Source of the DNA: Candidatus Bathyarchaeota archaeon
GTDB taxonomy: Archaea; Thermoproteota; Bathyarchaeia; Bathyarchaeales; Bathycorpusculaceae
Assembly (NCBI GenBank): GCA_963702095.1
Contig: OY969706.1
Coordinates: 1,728,001 to 1,792,000 of the forward strand
Length of the DNA stretch: 64,000 nucleotides
Direction: 5' to 3'
Shown here in pieces: positions 20,841 through 30,095 of the stretch (positions are counted from its first letter, which is position 1; every line of letters begins with the position of its first letter). The notes beneath the pieces are model-generated. The model had not been told where the DNA came from. It was given only the letters and a program-made list of their open reading frames with translations, and searched no databases. The position numbers were made by a program, and so were the translations under genes.

Positions 20841-21149
20841 TCAAGGCTTTAATTCGCGGTCTTCACTGTAGTCTCTATCCTCATGGACTTCTTCTTCGAC
20901 TTCATCTTGCCGTGCTTCTTCACGCAAGCTTGCGGCTTCACCTTTAGCTCTGGCTCTATCTTCAGCTTGCCCTTTCAACGGATAAACTGTACCCAACCAA
21001 ACTTCAAATTGCCTCTTGTATTGAGGGCTAGAAAAAACCCAATCGCATAATCCACCAATGACCATACTAACGTCAACATCATGATCATTAGCTAGATCTT
21101 TCAGAAAATCAATCCATTTTGAGGGTAAAGACACCAAAGAACTGCTCAT
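20841..21149 (-). CDS. Hypothetical protein, RHH-like N-terminus with acidic tail
   Basis: VSLPSKWIDFLKDLANDHDVDVSMVI pattern. Confidence 0.6.
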   Translation of the reverse strand: MSSSLVSLPSKWIDFLKDLANDHDVDVSMVIGGLCDWVFSSPQYKRQFEVWLGTVYPLKGQAEDRARAKGEAASLREEARQDEVEEEVHEDRDYSEDRELKP

Positions 21150-21299
21150 AACTAAGTCTCCACTAACATGGTTACTGTAACGGCGTATTTAAGCTTCTTT
21201 GGCGCAAGCAAAAAAAGAGACTTTTTTCTTGGCTTTTCAATTGTAGACGCGTGGGTAAATACACGCACTAAATCTACGCGGAAGGTGGTTTAGGCGGTA

Positions 21300-22475
21300 T
21301 TATGTCAACGGGAATCTCCGCCTCAAATAGCCCTTTAGAAATTCGTGGTCATTTGCTAATTCAGTGCTTTTTACGATTTGACCCTCAAGCCTATCTAATG
21401 CAATCTTAAACGTCTGTTCAACCCCATAGCCTTCGCCTGAACTGAAAAACGCACCCTTCTTTGTTCTAAATTGCAGTCGGCAGTGAATTAACTGGTCGCC
21501 CTTGAAGTTTGTGCCATGCGTTTTCATGTAGACAAATAATGTGCCAGCCTCTAGGGTTCCTCCGTATCTGTGGGTGAAAGATTCGAAGTCGTCCATAACT
21601 GCGCCTCGTTGGATTTCGTCAAATTCCACGTCTTTTACTGAAAACTGCACGGTAAGTCTTTCCATTGGTTTTTCCATTTGCGCTAGAGGTTCAAGAAAAT
21701 CTCGCTTAGTTATGATGCCGACAGGTCTTCCTTTGTCAACGATTACCAAAGAGGAAATGTTGAATTTGTGCATTTGCTCTTCAGCATCTCGCAATTTGGA
21801 TTTAGGCAAAATAGTAATCACAGGCTGAACCATGATTCCCTTTGCTGGAATACTGAGCAGAGAGACTTTCTGGCCTACCCTTTCGCCAAACCTTTGTACA
21901 TGTTTAGGCTGAAAGATATTATCAATAATGTCGGAAATGCCTACCATCCCAACGAGTTTTCCATCTTTGACTATGGGAACATGCGAGATTCCTTCGTTTC
22001 TTAACAGGCTTAGCACCGCCCCCAGTGATTCGTCTTCTTCGATGACAAATGGCTTCTTGGTCATTATTTCTTCAACAGGTGTGTTACCCCATTGCTCCAT
22101 TATAGCGCCATGGATAACATCCTCATCTGTTACAAAGCCTAAGAGGTCATTTTCACTGTAGACGGGAAGTTGCCTGATTTCGCTTTCAATCATTAATTTA
22201 GCGACTTTGCTGAGCGTATCCTGCAAGGTAACGGCGGGGGCTGGCTGAGTTAAAGTTTTAACTTTGCTTCCAGATGCATCAAAACTGGACCGCTTTATTG
22301 ATTTTCGGGAAATAACCCCTTTGTAACTACCTTTGCTGTCAAAGACCGCTAAAACAGGCGGCATACCTTCTTTGAAACGTGATAGACAAGAAGAAACAGT
22401 GTCATTCTCCTGTACTTCTATAAAACCCTTTGAAAAAACATCTTTTACAATTTTAACCGTGAAAAACACATCCAT
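21300..22475 (-). CDS. Four-CBS-domain protein with C-terminal HPF/RaiA-like domain (putative ribosome hibernation factor)
   Basis: Four CBS repeats (e.g. IRQLPV...LLGFVTDED, ISHVPIV...LVGMV); C-terminus beta-alpha-beta-beta-beta-alpha ending FKIALDRLEGQI. Confidence 0.8.
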   Translation of the reverse strand: MDVFFTVKIVKDVFSKGFIEVQENDTVSSCLSRFKEGMPPVLAVFDSKGSYKGVISRKSIKRSSFDASGSKVKTLTQPAPAVTLQDTLSKVAKLMIESEIRQLPVYSENDLLGFVTDEDVIHGAIMEQWGNTPVEEIMTKKPFVIEEDESLGAVLSLLRNEGISHVPIVKDGKLVGMVGISDIIDNIFQPKHVQRFGERVGQKVSLLSIPAKGIMVQPVITILPKSKLRDAEEQMHKFNISSLVIVDKGRPVGIITKRDFLEPLAQMEKPMERLTVQFSVKDVEFDEIQRGAVMDDFESFTHRYGGTLEAGTLFVYMKTHGTNFKGDQLIHCRLQFRTKKGAFFSSGEGYGVEQTFKIALDRLEGQIVKSTELANDHEFLKGYLRRRFPLT

Positions 22476-22696
22476 GTACTATCTATTGCTTCTTGATTGA
22501 TTTAAGCCTTGGTGTGCCCTACCAACTGGGCGCATAGTACGTTGCGCTTCTTTAATATTAGTCTCATCTCGGATGCTTAAGAATTGATTCGCATTTTTGC
22601 ACGATCTATTTACCGGAGTATTATTTGGGCGTTCCTTTTTTCTTATAACTCAAACCTTTAATACCATCAGCGCCTATCCTTATAGGGGGCAACCAG

Positions 22697-23047
22697 TTGC
22701 TATTTAGGCGTAAAAACGAAAATGAACCCCGAAACAAGCTCCAAGTTGACCTCGGGGACTTACAAACCGAAAAAGAAAACCTCACAAAATATCTTGAATC
22801 AAGACTCAAAGTTGAGGTTTTCGAAGTAAAAGACAAGTTGGCTGTTGATTCAGAAAAAGTAACGATTTCGGGGCTGCATCAAGCAGTGAAAAAGTTTCTC
22901 TACAGTCGAGGCCGCAACATGACTCACTGGATATCGCTTGAGGGTTCAACCGTTAAAATCAACCGGTTTGGGACTCATAATAAGAAAAAAGAGAAGCATG
23001 AAAAGCAGTCATCGCACCAAACGGTTGCACAGAGCTGGGGGCTTTAG
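22697..23047 (+). CDS. Ribosomal protein eL22-like protein
   Basis: LQVDLGDL...LTKYLESRLKV...LHQAVKKFLY resembles the eL22 L..FL..R.KV...KKFL pattern. Confidence 0.55.
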   Translation: MLFRRKNENEPRNKLQVDLGDLQTEKENLTKYLESRLKVEVFEVKDKLAVDSEKVTISGLHQAVKKFLYSRGRNMTHWISLEGSTVKINRFGTHNKKKEKHEKQSSHQTVAQSWGL

Positions 23048-23173
23048 CGGTCTTCTCTCCGGTTGGCTTGGCTCAGATAAGCAACCTTCTCTTTTTTCGT
23101 GTAGTTTGTGTACATATCACGGGTACCCAACGCTTAAAAGAACTCTTTCCTTGAAGCTTAAACGACACTCGGC

Positions 23174-23731
23174 ATGAACAAATCCAAGATAATCAAGATA
23201 GCGTTGAGCGCCCTAACTATTGTTCTCACAGTTGGCCCATTGCTCGGCGTTGTTTGCCTCTACCGAGATAATCTTCTGGGATTAGTGCTTCCATCCCAAA
23301 CCACAGGCGAAAGCAGCGTAACCAACAGTGACATCAGCAACTTAGATTTCACAGCGTTAGAATCAATGCAACCAATCAAACCATTAGGGGAGCCAACTTA
23401 CAATCAATCCACAGGCGACTTCTCGTACCCGCTCAACTTTACCAATCCGCTGCCACAGGAGCTCTCACTTGACAACCTGTCCGCAGACATAAAAGCGGGT
23501 AACGGAGAACTGTTGGGAACCATAAGCATCCCAGATGCAATACATGTTAGCCCTGGTCAATCAGCTGTTATCGACTTAAACGGTAACATCAATCAAGCGG
23601 CTTTAGATGCCTATAAGGCGCACTTCGGTGAAAACGCATATGTTTCTGTAGAAAATCTAGTCGTCACCGTTGGAGGCATCAGTTTGCATTTGGATGAAAT
23701 ACCTGGTGTGGGGTCAATTCAGTTAGGGTGA
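23174..23731 (+). CDS. Membrane-anchored beta-sandwich (LEA-2-like) hypothetical protein
   Basis: N-terminal TM; NFTNP...VSPGQSAVI pattern. Confidence 0.7.
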   Translation: MNKSKIIKIALSALTIVLTVGPLLGVVCLYRDNLLGLVLPSQTTGESSVTNSDISNLDFTALESMQPIKPLGEPTYNQSTGDFSYPLNFTNPLPQELSLDNLSADIKAGNGELLGTISIPDAIHVSPGQSAVIDLNGNINQAALDAYKAHFGENAYVSVENLVVTVGGISLHLDEIPGVGSIQLG

Positions 23732-23737
23732 GAATGT

Positions 23738-24337
23738 TTGGAGCGAACGATTAGCTGGTTTGGTTTAGCTGCTGGGATAGTAACGCTTGTGCTGGTATTA
23801 GTATCGGTGTTTGTGCCTTGGTGGCAGCTTACAGTCGGCAACAACTTTGTTAGCGTCTATGCTTCGCCTATTGTTACAAACTTTGGGTTCTACGGCGCCC
23901 AGTTTACCCTTCCTCTGCTTTGGGCATGGAACCTCTCAAACATCCTCCTGTTCACTGCCGGTGGCATAATCATGCTCATCTATTCAGTGTTTCCCACAAA
24001 GTCCTACTCTAAAGACCTACTCTGCTTCTCCTACAAAAAGCCGCTATACGGATTGATTAGTTTCGTGGTGGGCTTGGCTGTAGTCGTTTTAGGTGCAGGC
24101 TTCTTTGACCTGGGCATTCCACTGGTGGGTTCGGCAAACGTAGATTTCTCTTTACCCTCATTCATACCTTTGAGCGCCAGCATTAGCTCTACGGTAACTG
24201 CGATGTTTCTGTTTCCTTTCTACCTTGCAATAGCGGCTGTGGCGCTGTGTATAGCTGCACGGGTTTACCATGGACGGTTAACAAACGCTGTCCAACCAAC
24301 GCAGACCTCATCGCCAACTAACCCTGTGATGCAGTAA
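23738..24337 (+). CDS. Hypothetical four-TM membrane protein
   Basis: FVPWW after the first TM; four hydrophobic segments. Confidence 0.75.
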   Translation: MERTISWFGLAAGIVTLVLVLVSVFVPWWQLTVGNNFVSVYASPIVTNFGFYGAQFTLPLLWAWNLSNILLFTAGGIIMLIYSVFPTKSYSKDLLCFSYKKPLYGLISFVVGLAVVVLGAGFFDLGIPLVGSANVDFSLPSFIPLSASISSTVTAMFLFPFYLAIAAVALCIAARVYHGRLTNAVQPTQTSSPTNPVMQ

Positions 24338-25667
24338 CGATGATATCGAAGCTGTAGGTGAACCCAAACGTCGGTGTACCGCTGGGAACATTGGTGGATT
24401 GTGCTATAACCAAAGTTAACCCCAGCCACATGCACTGCCCCGGCGCAACTGTGTTGCCTGTTGCCAAGTTGTCGTATCCCATCCATTGCGTGCCAATAGG
24501 CGCCCATGAAGAACCCAGCGTTTCTTTATGCATCGAAATCTCGATGTTTGCGGGGTTGTTTACGTTTTCCAGTGCGGTGTTGACTGTTATGGGTGTGTTG
24601 CCGTCGTTGCGGAGCACTATGAGGTTGGTTTCAGGCATAAATTGGCTGCCGTAAGCGCTGGGTGACACCATGATGCCGCCGATGTTTAGTTGTGGGTTTC
24701 CATATTGGAAGGTGCCGCTGTTTATGGTGAGAGGGAAAGCTGTGCCGTTAACAAACCACAAAGAATAGCTAACCGGTTGGGAACTTGGCTGTTGAGCCTC
24801 CGCTGGCAGAGTGATTGATAGGTTAACGAACAACGCCGCCAAAACCAATGCCAATACCAAAGCAGCCGCAACTACCCTAGACGCCCCCGCCTTTGATTTC
24901 GCGTATCTTCTAAGCATTATTGCAGTTGCGGGTAGAAAAATAAGCAACGCCAAAACGACTGCTACCCAGCTGAATTCGGGGATTGTCCCTGTGTCTGATG
25001 GCGAGGGAGATGCGGATGAGTTAGCTGTTGGCGAATCGGTTGGGTTAGTTGTAGGTATGGGTGAGGTGTTGGGTCTGGTGGTTGGGGTTGCGGTTGCTTG
25101 CGGCGTAGACGTTGGAGAAGATGTGGGTGAAGGCGCCGTGGGATACTGGGCAACTCCGTAAACGCCAAAGATGCTGCCGAAACTGCTTGCGTTGGATTCT
25201 ACTGTGACTTGAATAGCATAGTTGAAACTGGCGCCCGAAGTGTATTGGCCATTGGTGTGGAAGTCCCCGCTTAACTGAAGTGTTTGTCTGCCTCCTGCTG
25301 CGATGGTGGTGGAGGTTTGGTTGTTGGCTGTTTTGCATGTGAAGGTGGAGGCTATGTTTTGGGGTAACTCAACCGTGTTGGTTGTGGTTGCTGTGATGGT
25401 TATTGGGGTGTTTTGGTCGTTTGTTACTATGAAGCTAAAGGTCCACTGCGTCGGGGTTGCGCTGTCGCTTACGGGGATTTGGAACCCGTTTATGTGGTTA
25501 GATAGGATTGTGCCGTTGGTGAACCAGAGCGTGAAGCCTCTGTTGGGTGAATAAGTGAAGGCTCCGTTTACATGGATGCGTTCATCGCCCGATGCAGCAG
25601 CGGCTATGGTGGGGACAGAAATCAGTATAATCAAAGTAAGGGCTAAAAGCAAAAGCTTCTCTCGCAT
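24318..25667 (-). CDS. Surface protein with two related extracellular domains separated by an internal PEF-CTERM-like anchor and a second signal-like helix
   Basis: Signal peptide; FTLWFTNGT and YSLWFVNGT repeats; PT linker; IPEFS-TM-RRYAKSK; second hydrophobic segment ending AEA. Confidence 0.75.
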   Translation of the reverse strand: MREKLLLLALTLIILISVPTIAAAASGDERIHVNGAFTYSPNRGFTLWFTNGTILSNHINGFQIPVSDSATPTQWTFSFIVTNDQNTPITITATTTNTVELPQNIASTFTCKTANNQTSTTIAAGGRQTLQLSGDFHTNGQYTSGASFNYAIQVTVESNASSFGSIFGVYGVAQYPTAPSPTSSPTSTPQATATPTTRPNTSPIPTTNPTDSPTANSSASPSPSDTGTIPEFSWVAVVLALLIFLPATAIMLRRYAKSKAGASRVVAAALVLALVLAALFVNLSITLPAEAQQPSSQPVSYSLWFVNGTAFPLTINSGTFQYGNPQLNIGGIMVSPSAYGSQFMPETNLIVLRNDGNTPITVNTALENVNNPANIEISMHKETLGSSWAPIGTQWMGYDNLATGNTVAPGQCMWLGLTLVIAQSTNVPSGTPTFGFTYSFDIIVTASQG

Positions 25668-25771
25668 ACGATTCACCCACAAAAATATGCAACAAAGTAG
25701 AAGTCGGCAAGGAATTTAAGGCAAATGTCAAGCTGCCTTTTGTCTCATCTCAGCCCCAAACCCATGACTGA

Positions 25772-26161
25772 TTAAGCGTCAGCTTTATCCAAGGTCGGGG
25801 GCGCTCGCCTAGCATCCCACGCGTGATGCAACGCTAAACCCGGGTGATACAGGAGCAGTCGGGGACCAGAATACCGCATAACCTGCCTAACTTGCTCTTT
25901 CATGTCGGGTTTGTAACAGTGGATTTTGCATTTGCCGCAGGTGCTTTTTTTCTCTTGGAAGGGGCATTTGCTTAACCGCAGAAAAGCGTATTCTTTGAAT
26001 TGGCTGCATTGGGGGCATAATTCGCCGTGGGTTCCATGGTGTCCTCTGCAGTAGATGTCAACCATGTATTCTATGGTTTTTCTTTCCCTCTTCATTCTTT
26101 TGTGTTCTGGGTTTGGTGGTTGAGGTTTCATATTCGTCGGCTTAATGGAGAAGGCGGTCAT
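25772..26161 (-). CDS. YgbA / nitrous oxide-stimulated promoter family Cys-rich protein
   Basis: RERKTI...YCRGHH...LCPQC...RLSKCP...TCGKCKIHCYKP...VMRYSGPR. Confidence 0.9.
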   Translation of the reverse strand: MTAFSIKPTNMKPQPPNPEHKRMKRERKTIEYMVDIYCRGHHGTHGELCPQCSQFKEYAFLRLSKCPFQEKKSTCGKCKIHCYKPDMKEQVRQVMRYSGPRLLLYHPGLALHHAWDARRAPPTLDKADA

Positions 26162-26343
26162 TTCACATAAGGTTTTACCCTTACAATTAAGGGAATTTTG
26201 CAGAACGCTTTAGGCAATCGATGCCTTCTGCTTTCTATCCCACCAAAAATTTGTAGAGTTACCGACCTTGAACGGCACAGACAAAAAACAGAAAACAGGC
26301 TATCCTGAACTAATAACTAATCTCCCAGAAGCACACCACAGAG

Positions 26344-26682
26344 TTAGAAGACACCAAGCAGCTTTGCCAATGTAATACCGATGGAGATTGCTGCAACCAA
26401 AAATATGATTTTCCCCTTCGATAAACCGCCTTTGGAGGAACTTTCACCTTCTTGGAACTCGTACTCCCGTATCTCCTTGGTTTTAGAGTTAATCTGCACT
26501 TTAGCATTTAACTTCTGAAACATCATTTCCACAATGTAGAGTTCCCCATCCATTGAGACTTTCATAGGTAACCAGCTTCCCTTGTAGCCTAGACGCTTCA
26601 GAAAGTCCGCTGTCAAAGCGGTTGCGTTTTCGGCGTCAAACCTTGAAATCTCCGGTGAAATTTCGGGGGTACCTGTAGACAT
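26344..26682 (-). CDS. Hypothetical protein, PepSY-like domain with C-terminal TM
   Basis: Helix, then YIVEM...AKVQINSKTKEI strands; terminal hydrophobic helix. Confidence 0.65.
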   Translation of the reverse strand: MSTGTPEISPEISRFDAENATALTADFLKRLGYKGSWLPMKVSMDGELYIVEMMFQKLNAKVQINSKTKEIREYEFQEGESSSKGGLSKGKIIFLVAAISIGITLAKLLGVF

Positions 26683-26795
26683 TAATCCTCAACCAGAAAA
26701 GGATAATTAAAACCTTATAGGGCTTATGAATCCGAGAACTGAATTACCAATCAACATGCCCAGCTAAGCATAAACAATTGGAAAACATGTCCAGA

Positions 26796-27044
26796 TTACG
26801 GCACTGGTGTAGGCGTCGCCATAGGCAATTCGGGCATTGTGCCGTTGAAAGGGGATGTCTGGTTTAGGAGGCTGTTCTGTATTTGGTTCATCAACTGCAT
26901 CTGAGGGCTTGTTTCACTGAAAGATTGCTGCAGCATGTCCACGGCGTAAACCACCACTATGCAGGATAAAACCACGGTTGAAGTAACTAAAAGTAGCGCA
27001 GCTACTGTTGACTCCAAATCTTCTCCTCCTTCTCCGTTCTCCAA
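26796..27044 (-). CDS. Small protein with archaeal pilin/archaellin-like N-terminal helix
   Basis: LESTVAALLLVTSTVVLSCIVVVYA resembles the hydrophobic segment that follows a class III signal peptide. Confidence 0.5.
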   Translation of the reverse strand: MENGEGGEDLESTVAALLLVTSTVVLSCIVVVYAVDMLQQSFSETSPQMQLMNQIQNSLLNQTSPFNGTMPELPMATPTPVP

Positions 27045-27135
27045 GCATCCAATACGTTGAAAAATATATTATAGGTTAATTCCAATGGACAAAATATGTC
27101 GATTTTAGGAATATGTCCTGGAAAATACTGCTTAT

Positions 27136-27700
27136 TTACGGTTTCTTTTCAGGTTCTGGCTGTGTCTGAGCCGCGGCAGGAGCGCTTGATGCAGCAGGAG
27201 TTTCTTCTGATGCAGGCGATGCCTCGGTTTTTTCGGATGCTGCTTGGCTCTGTGGTGGTGTGCTGGGGAGAATCTGTATTTTTTCAGCCATCGGATGCAG
27301 TAGGTCCGGCGGCGGATAGGGCGTGTTGAGGTTGCTGGAGAGTATGTAGATGGAGTTGAAAACATGCTGGTAGATGGTGAAGAGAATCTGGGGAATCCGG
27401 GTTTTGGGGTTGACTTCCAACTTCTTTTTTATGTCCTCGGCTTTTCCCGTCAACGTCACCGTTCCCGCAGTTGCATATTTAACAACGTTTGGTTTTGTGG
27501 AGATTGACAGTTGAAAACCTAAGGTCACTTGGTTGTTTTCTTTTTTTTGCTCTTCAATCTTGGCGTTCACGTCAAAAAACAGTTCTTCCGCCCCAGAATA
27601 GACGCCGCTTCGTTCAGCCTGTAAACTACTTAGACTTATCGAAACGGTGACTCCAGAGACAGAATACTGTGGGTTTACGGTTGATTCCTCTCTACTTCAT
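27136..27700 (-). CDS. Hypothetical protein (SecB-like beta/alpha pattern, Ala/Pro-rich tail); 5' end unresolved
   Basis: The frame stays open upstream of GTG 27570 to about 27696 (SREESTVNPQYSVSGVTVSISLSSLQAER); the ATG at 27700 is one base out of frame. Confidence 0.65.
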
Positions 27701-27771
27701 TGCTTGCTCTTTCATATTTAACTTTTATACTCTTCAGATAAGTGATTCCCCTGTAAGGCGTCGTAGGGGTT

Positions 27772-28341
27772 CTATGGCGGCGGGGTTTCTGTGAGGCTGT
27801 AGTATGCAGGCACCATCAGTTCAGTGTCGAATTTAAACAAGTCGTCTCCTTTAGCGGTAGCTTTCTGTTTTAGCACTATTTTTTTAGGCATGTCTTCTTC
27901 GAGGTAAACGATGTAGTTAACGGTTTGACCCAGCCCCAAGCGGGTAAGCTGCTGTATGGTGCCCTTGAACTTTTCGTACTCCTGTATTTTCACTGAGATT
28001 TTCTCGATTGCTTCAAAGAGCAGTTCTGATTGACCCTGCTCAGTAAACGCGATTGATATATCGCCAGTTTGAATCCAAGGCGACTCTTCTTCTTTACCTT
28101 TGACGCCTTTTTTTGATTTGTCGGGTTCCGGAGGCTTCTTTGCTTGGGATTTTAGGGTTTTTTGTAGAGCAGTGGATTTTTGGAACCATTCCTCGCTTTT
28201 ATGCTTGCCTTCTGCATCCCTCAACACGGTGCCGAGCCATTGGCTGTAGTCTTCAAACAACGCTTTGTACTGGCTTGTTTGGTTAGCTACGTACTCTGAG
28301 ATGTCTTTGAGCGAGGTAAACGTGCGTAATTCAACTCCCAA
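27772..28341 (-). CDS. Hypothetical coiled-coil protein
   Basis: 189-aa ORF, TTG start behind GGTGGAG; long helices bracketed by short beta strands. Confidence 0.75.
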   Translation of the reverse strand: MGVELRTFTSLKDISEYVANQTSQYKALFEDYSQWLGTVLRDAEGKHKSEEWFQKSTALQKTLKSQAKKPPEPDKSKKGVKGKEEESPWIQTGDISIAFTEQGQSELLFEAIEKISVKIQEYEKFKGTIQQLTRLGLGQTVNYIVYLEEDMPKKIVLKQKATAKGDDLFKFDTELMVPAYYSLTETPPP

Positions 28342-28465
28342 TTTTCACTCCACCAGTAACTTGTCAATGGTTCAATTATTAGTGTGAACGATACTGAATG
28401 CTGGTTTATGGCATAATAGGATTTGTCTATTTCAGAAGTGACATACCTTTTGTTTGATACAGTGT

Positions 28466-29536
28466 TTAGCGGTTCTTGGCTTTTTCATAGGAGTTTGAGA
28501 TGGCTTCGCTTGTTAAGACGCCGACGACTTTGGTTGGCGTTTGCTTATCCACCACAGGAATTAAATCGATTTTCTCTCGAATCATAATTTTGTTTGCTTC
28601 AAGTATCGATTCATCCTCATGCACTGAAATGTTCTGAGTCGGCATCTGCCCAACCCTCAAAGTTTCTCTCTGGTCAGCATTGACTTTCATAAGCTCCATC
28701 CAAGTGACAACCCCCAATAAAACGCCGTCTTTTTCAACCAAAGCGTCGTGGTAACGGTTCTTAAACATGACTTCAAGGGCTTCAGTTAGGGTTTGATCAG
28801 GGTTTACGCTGCCTATCTCTGACTGCATAACGTCTCTGACGCGAACGTCTGCAAGTTTGGTTGAGACGATGGTTTGTTCGCCTTCTTCGCTGGCGCCGAT
28901 GTAAACGAACAATCCCACCAAGATCAGCAGGAAATATTCGGGGAAAATGAAACCGACGATAACCATAGCAATGCCCAGGATTTTGCCGACTAAAACGGCG
29001 TATTTGGTGGCATCAGAGTATTTCATGCGTTCGGCTAAAAGCGCCCTAAAGACTCTGCCGCCGTCCATGGGGAAAGCTGGGATCAAATTGAATATGCCTA
29101 GGAAAATGTTGAGGATTGCAAGGTCAAAGATGAGGTTGCCTGTTGTGGTGAAAGTTAGGATTTTCGGTGCAAGTTGGGGCGAGAGGGCGAGGCTGACGGC
29201 TAAAAGCGCAAGACCCAACAGTAGGCTTGTGAGGGGACCCGCGAAAGCCATGCGCCATTCCTGTGAGGGATTGTCTGGGATTTCTTCGATTTCTGAGACG
29301 CCGCCGATGGGGTATAGCACGATTTTGCGCACTGTAATGCCGTAGCGGCGAGCGACTACGGAGTGTGCAAGCTCATGGAAAACCACGAATACAAACAGGA
29401 ACAACACAATCAAGAAGGTGTAGAACTGCATCCCCAGTACAGACAAAATCAAAACGGCTATGATTAGAAGGATGAATGTGAAGTGCAACTCAATTGGGAT
29501 GCCCCACGCGGAGCCTATTTTCAGAGAAGACTTCAT
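28466..29536 (-). CDS. Site-2 protease (M50) with C-terminal CBS pair
   Basis: HELAH, AFAGP and FNLIPAFPMDGGR; two CBS domains. Confidence 0.95.
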   Translation of the reverse strand: MKSSLKIGSAWGIPIELHFTFILLIIAVLILSVLGMQFYTFLIVLFLFVFVVFHELAHSVVARRYGITVRKIVLYPIGGVSEIEEIPDNPSQEWRMAFAGPLTSLLLGLALLAVSLALSPQLAPKILTFTTTGNLIFDLAILNIFLGIFNLIPAFPMDGGRVFRALLAERMKYSDATKYAVLVGKILGIAMVIVGFIFPEYFLLILVGLFVYIGASEEGEQTIVSTKLADVRVRDVMQSEIGSVNPDQTLTEALEVMFKNRYHDALVEKDGVLLGVVTWMELMKVNADQRETLRVGQMPTQNISVHEDESILEANKIMIREKIDLIPVVDKQTPTKVVGVLTSEAISNSYEKAKNR

Positions 29537-29636
29537 AGGTTAAGATGCCTGATTAGGGGCTTTTTAAATTTTCGATAGCCACGATTTCGCCTCGGATCTA
29601 TGTTGGCTAAAGTTTTTTATAATTGCCAGTGGTAGA

Positions 29637-30035
29637 GTGTTTGAGGCATGTTTCTTGTCGGAAAATGTTTGGAAGAAACCTGTAATCTGCATCTTCAAAG
29701 AACGATCAGCGGGTAACTGGCAATCTGACCCCTTTGTCGTGATCAAAGCTAAACAGGTAACCCTCAATGACACTGGAGAAGACCCCAAGTATACAGGAAA
29801 GCTTGAGGATTTCTTTACGCTGATGGGTGATACCGATTATCTGTCTTCAGCTGAAGGCAAAGCTGACCACTATGTAATGTGCTGGTTTGACGACGCTGAA
29901 CCTGATGAAACCAAGGATCTTCGGCGCCTGCGAGGCGTGCGGATAACAGGCGAGGTTTTCTGCAGTTTAAACGAGAAAACCCACAAAAGAACATACAATG
30001 CGTCTTTCTCTGCTGATCAAGCAAAAATAGAATAG
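29637..30035 (+). CDS. Hypothetical protein
   Basis: 132-aa ORF with globular composition. Confidence 0.65.
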   Translation: MFEACFLSENVWKKPVICIFKERSAGNWQSDPFVVIKAKQVTLNDTGEDPKYTGKLEDFFTLMGDTDYLSSAEGKADHYVMCWFDDAEPDETKDLRRLRGVRITGEVFCSLNEKTHKRTYNASFSADQAKIE

Positions 30036-30095
30036 GAAAACTTTTCAAGAGACATTGCGGAAACTTTTTATCACAAACGATTGCTAAACGTAATT

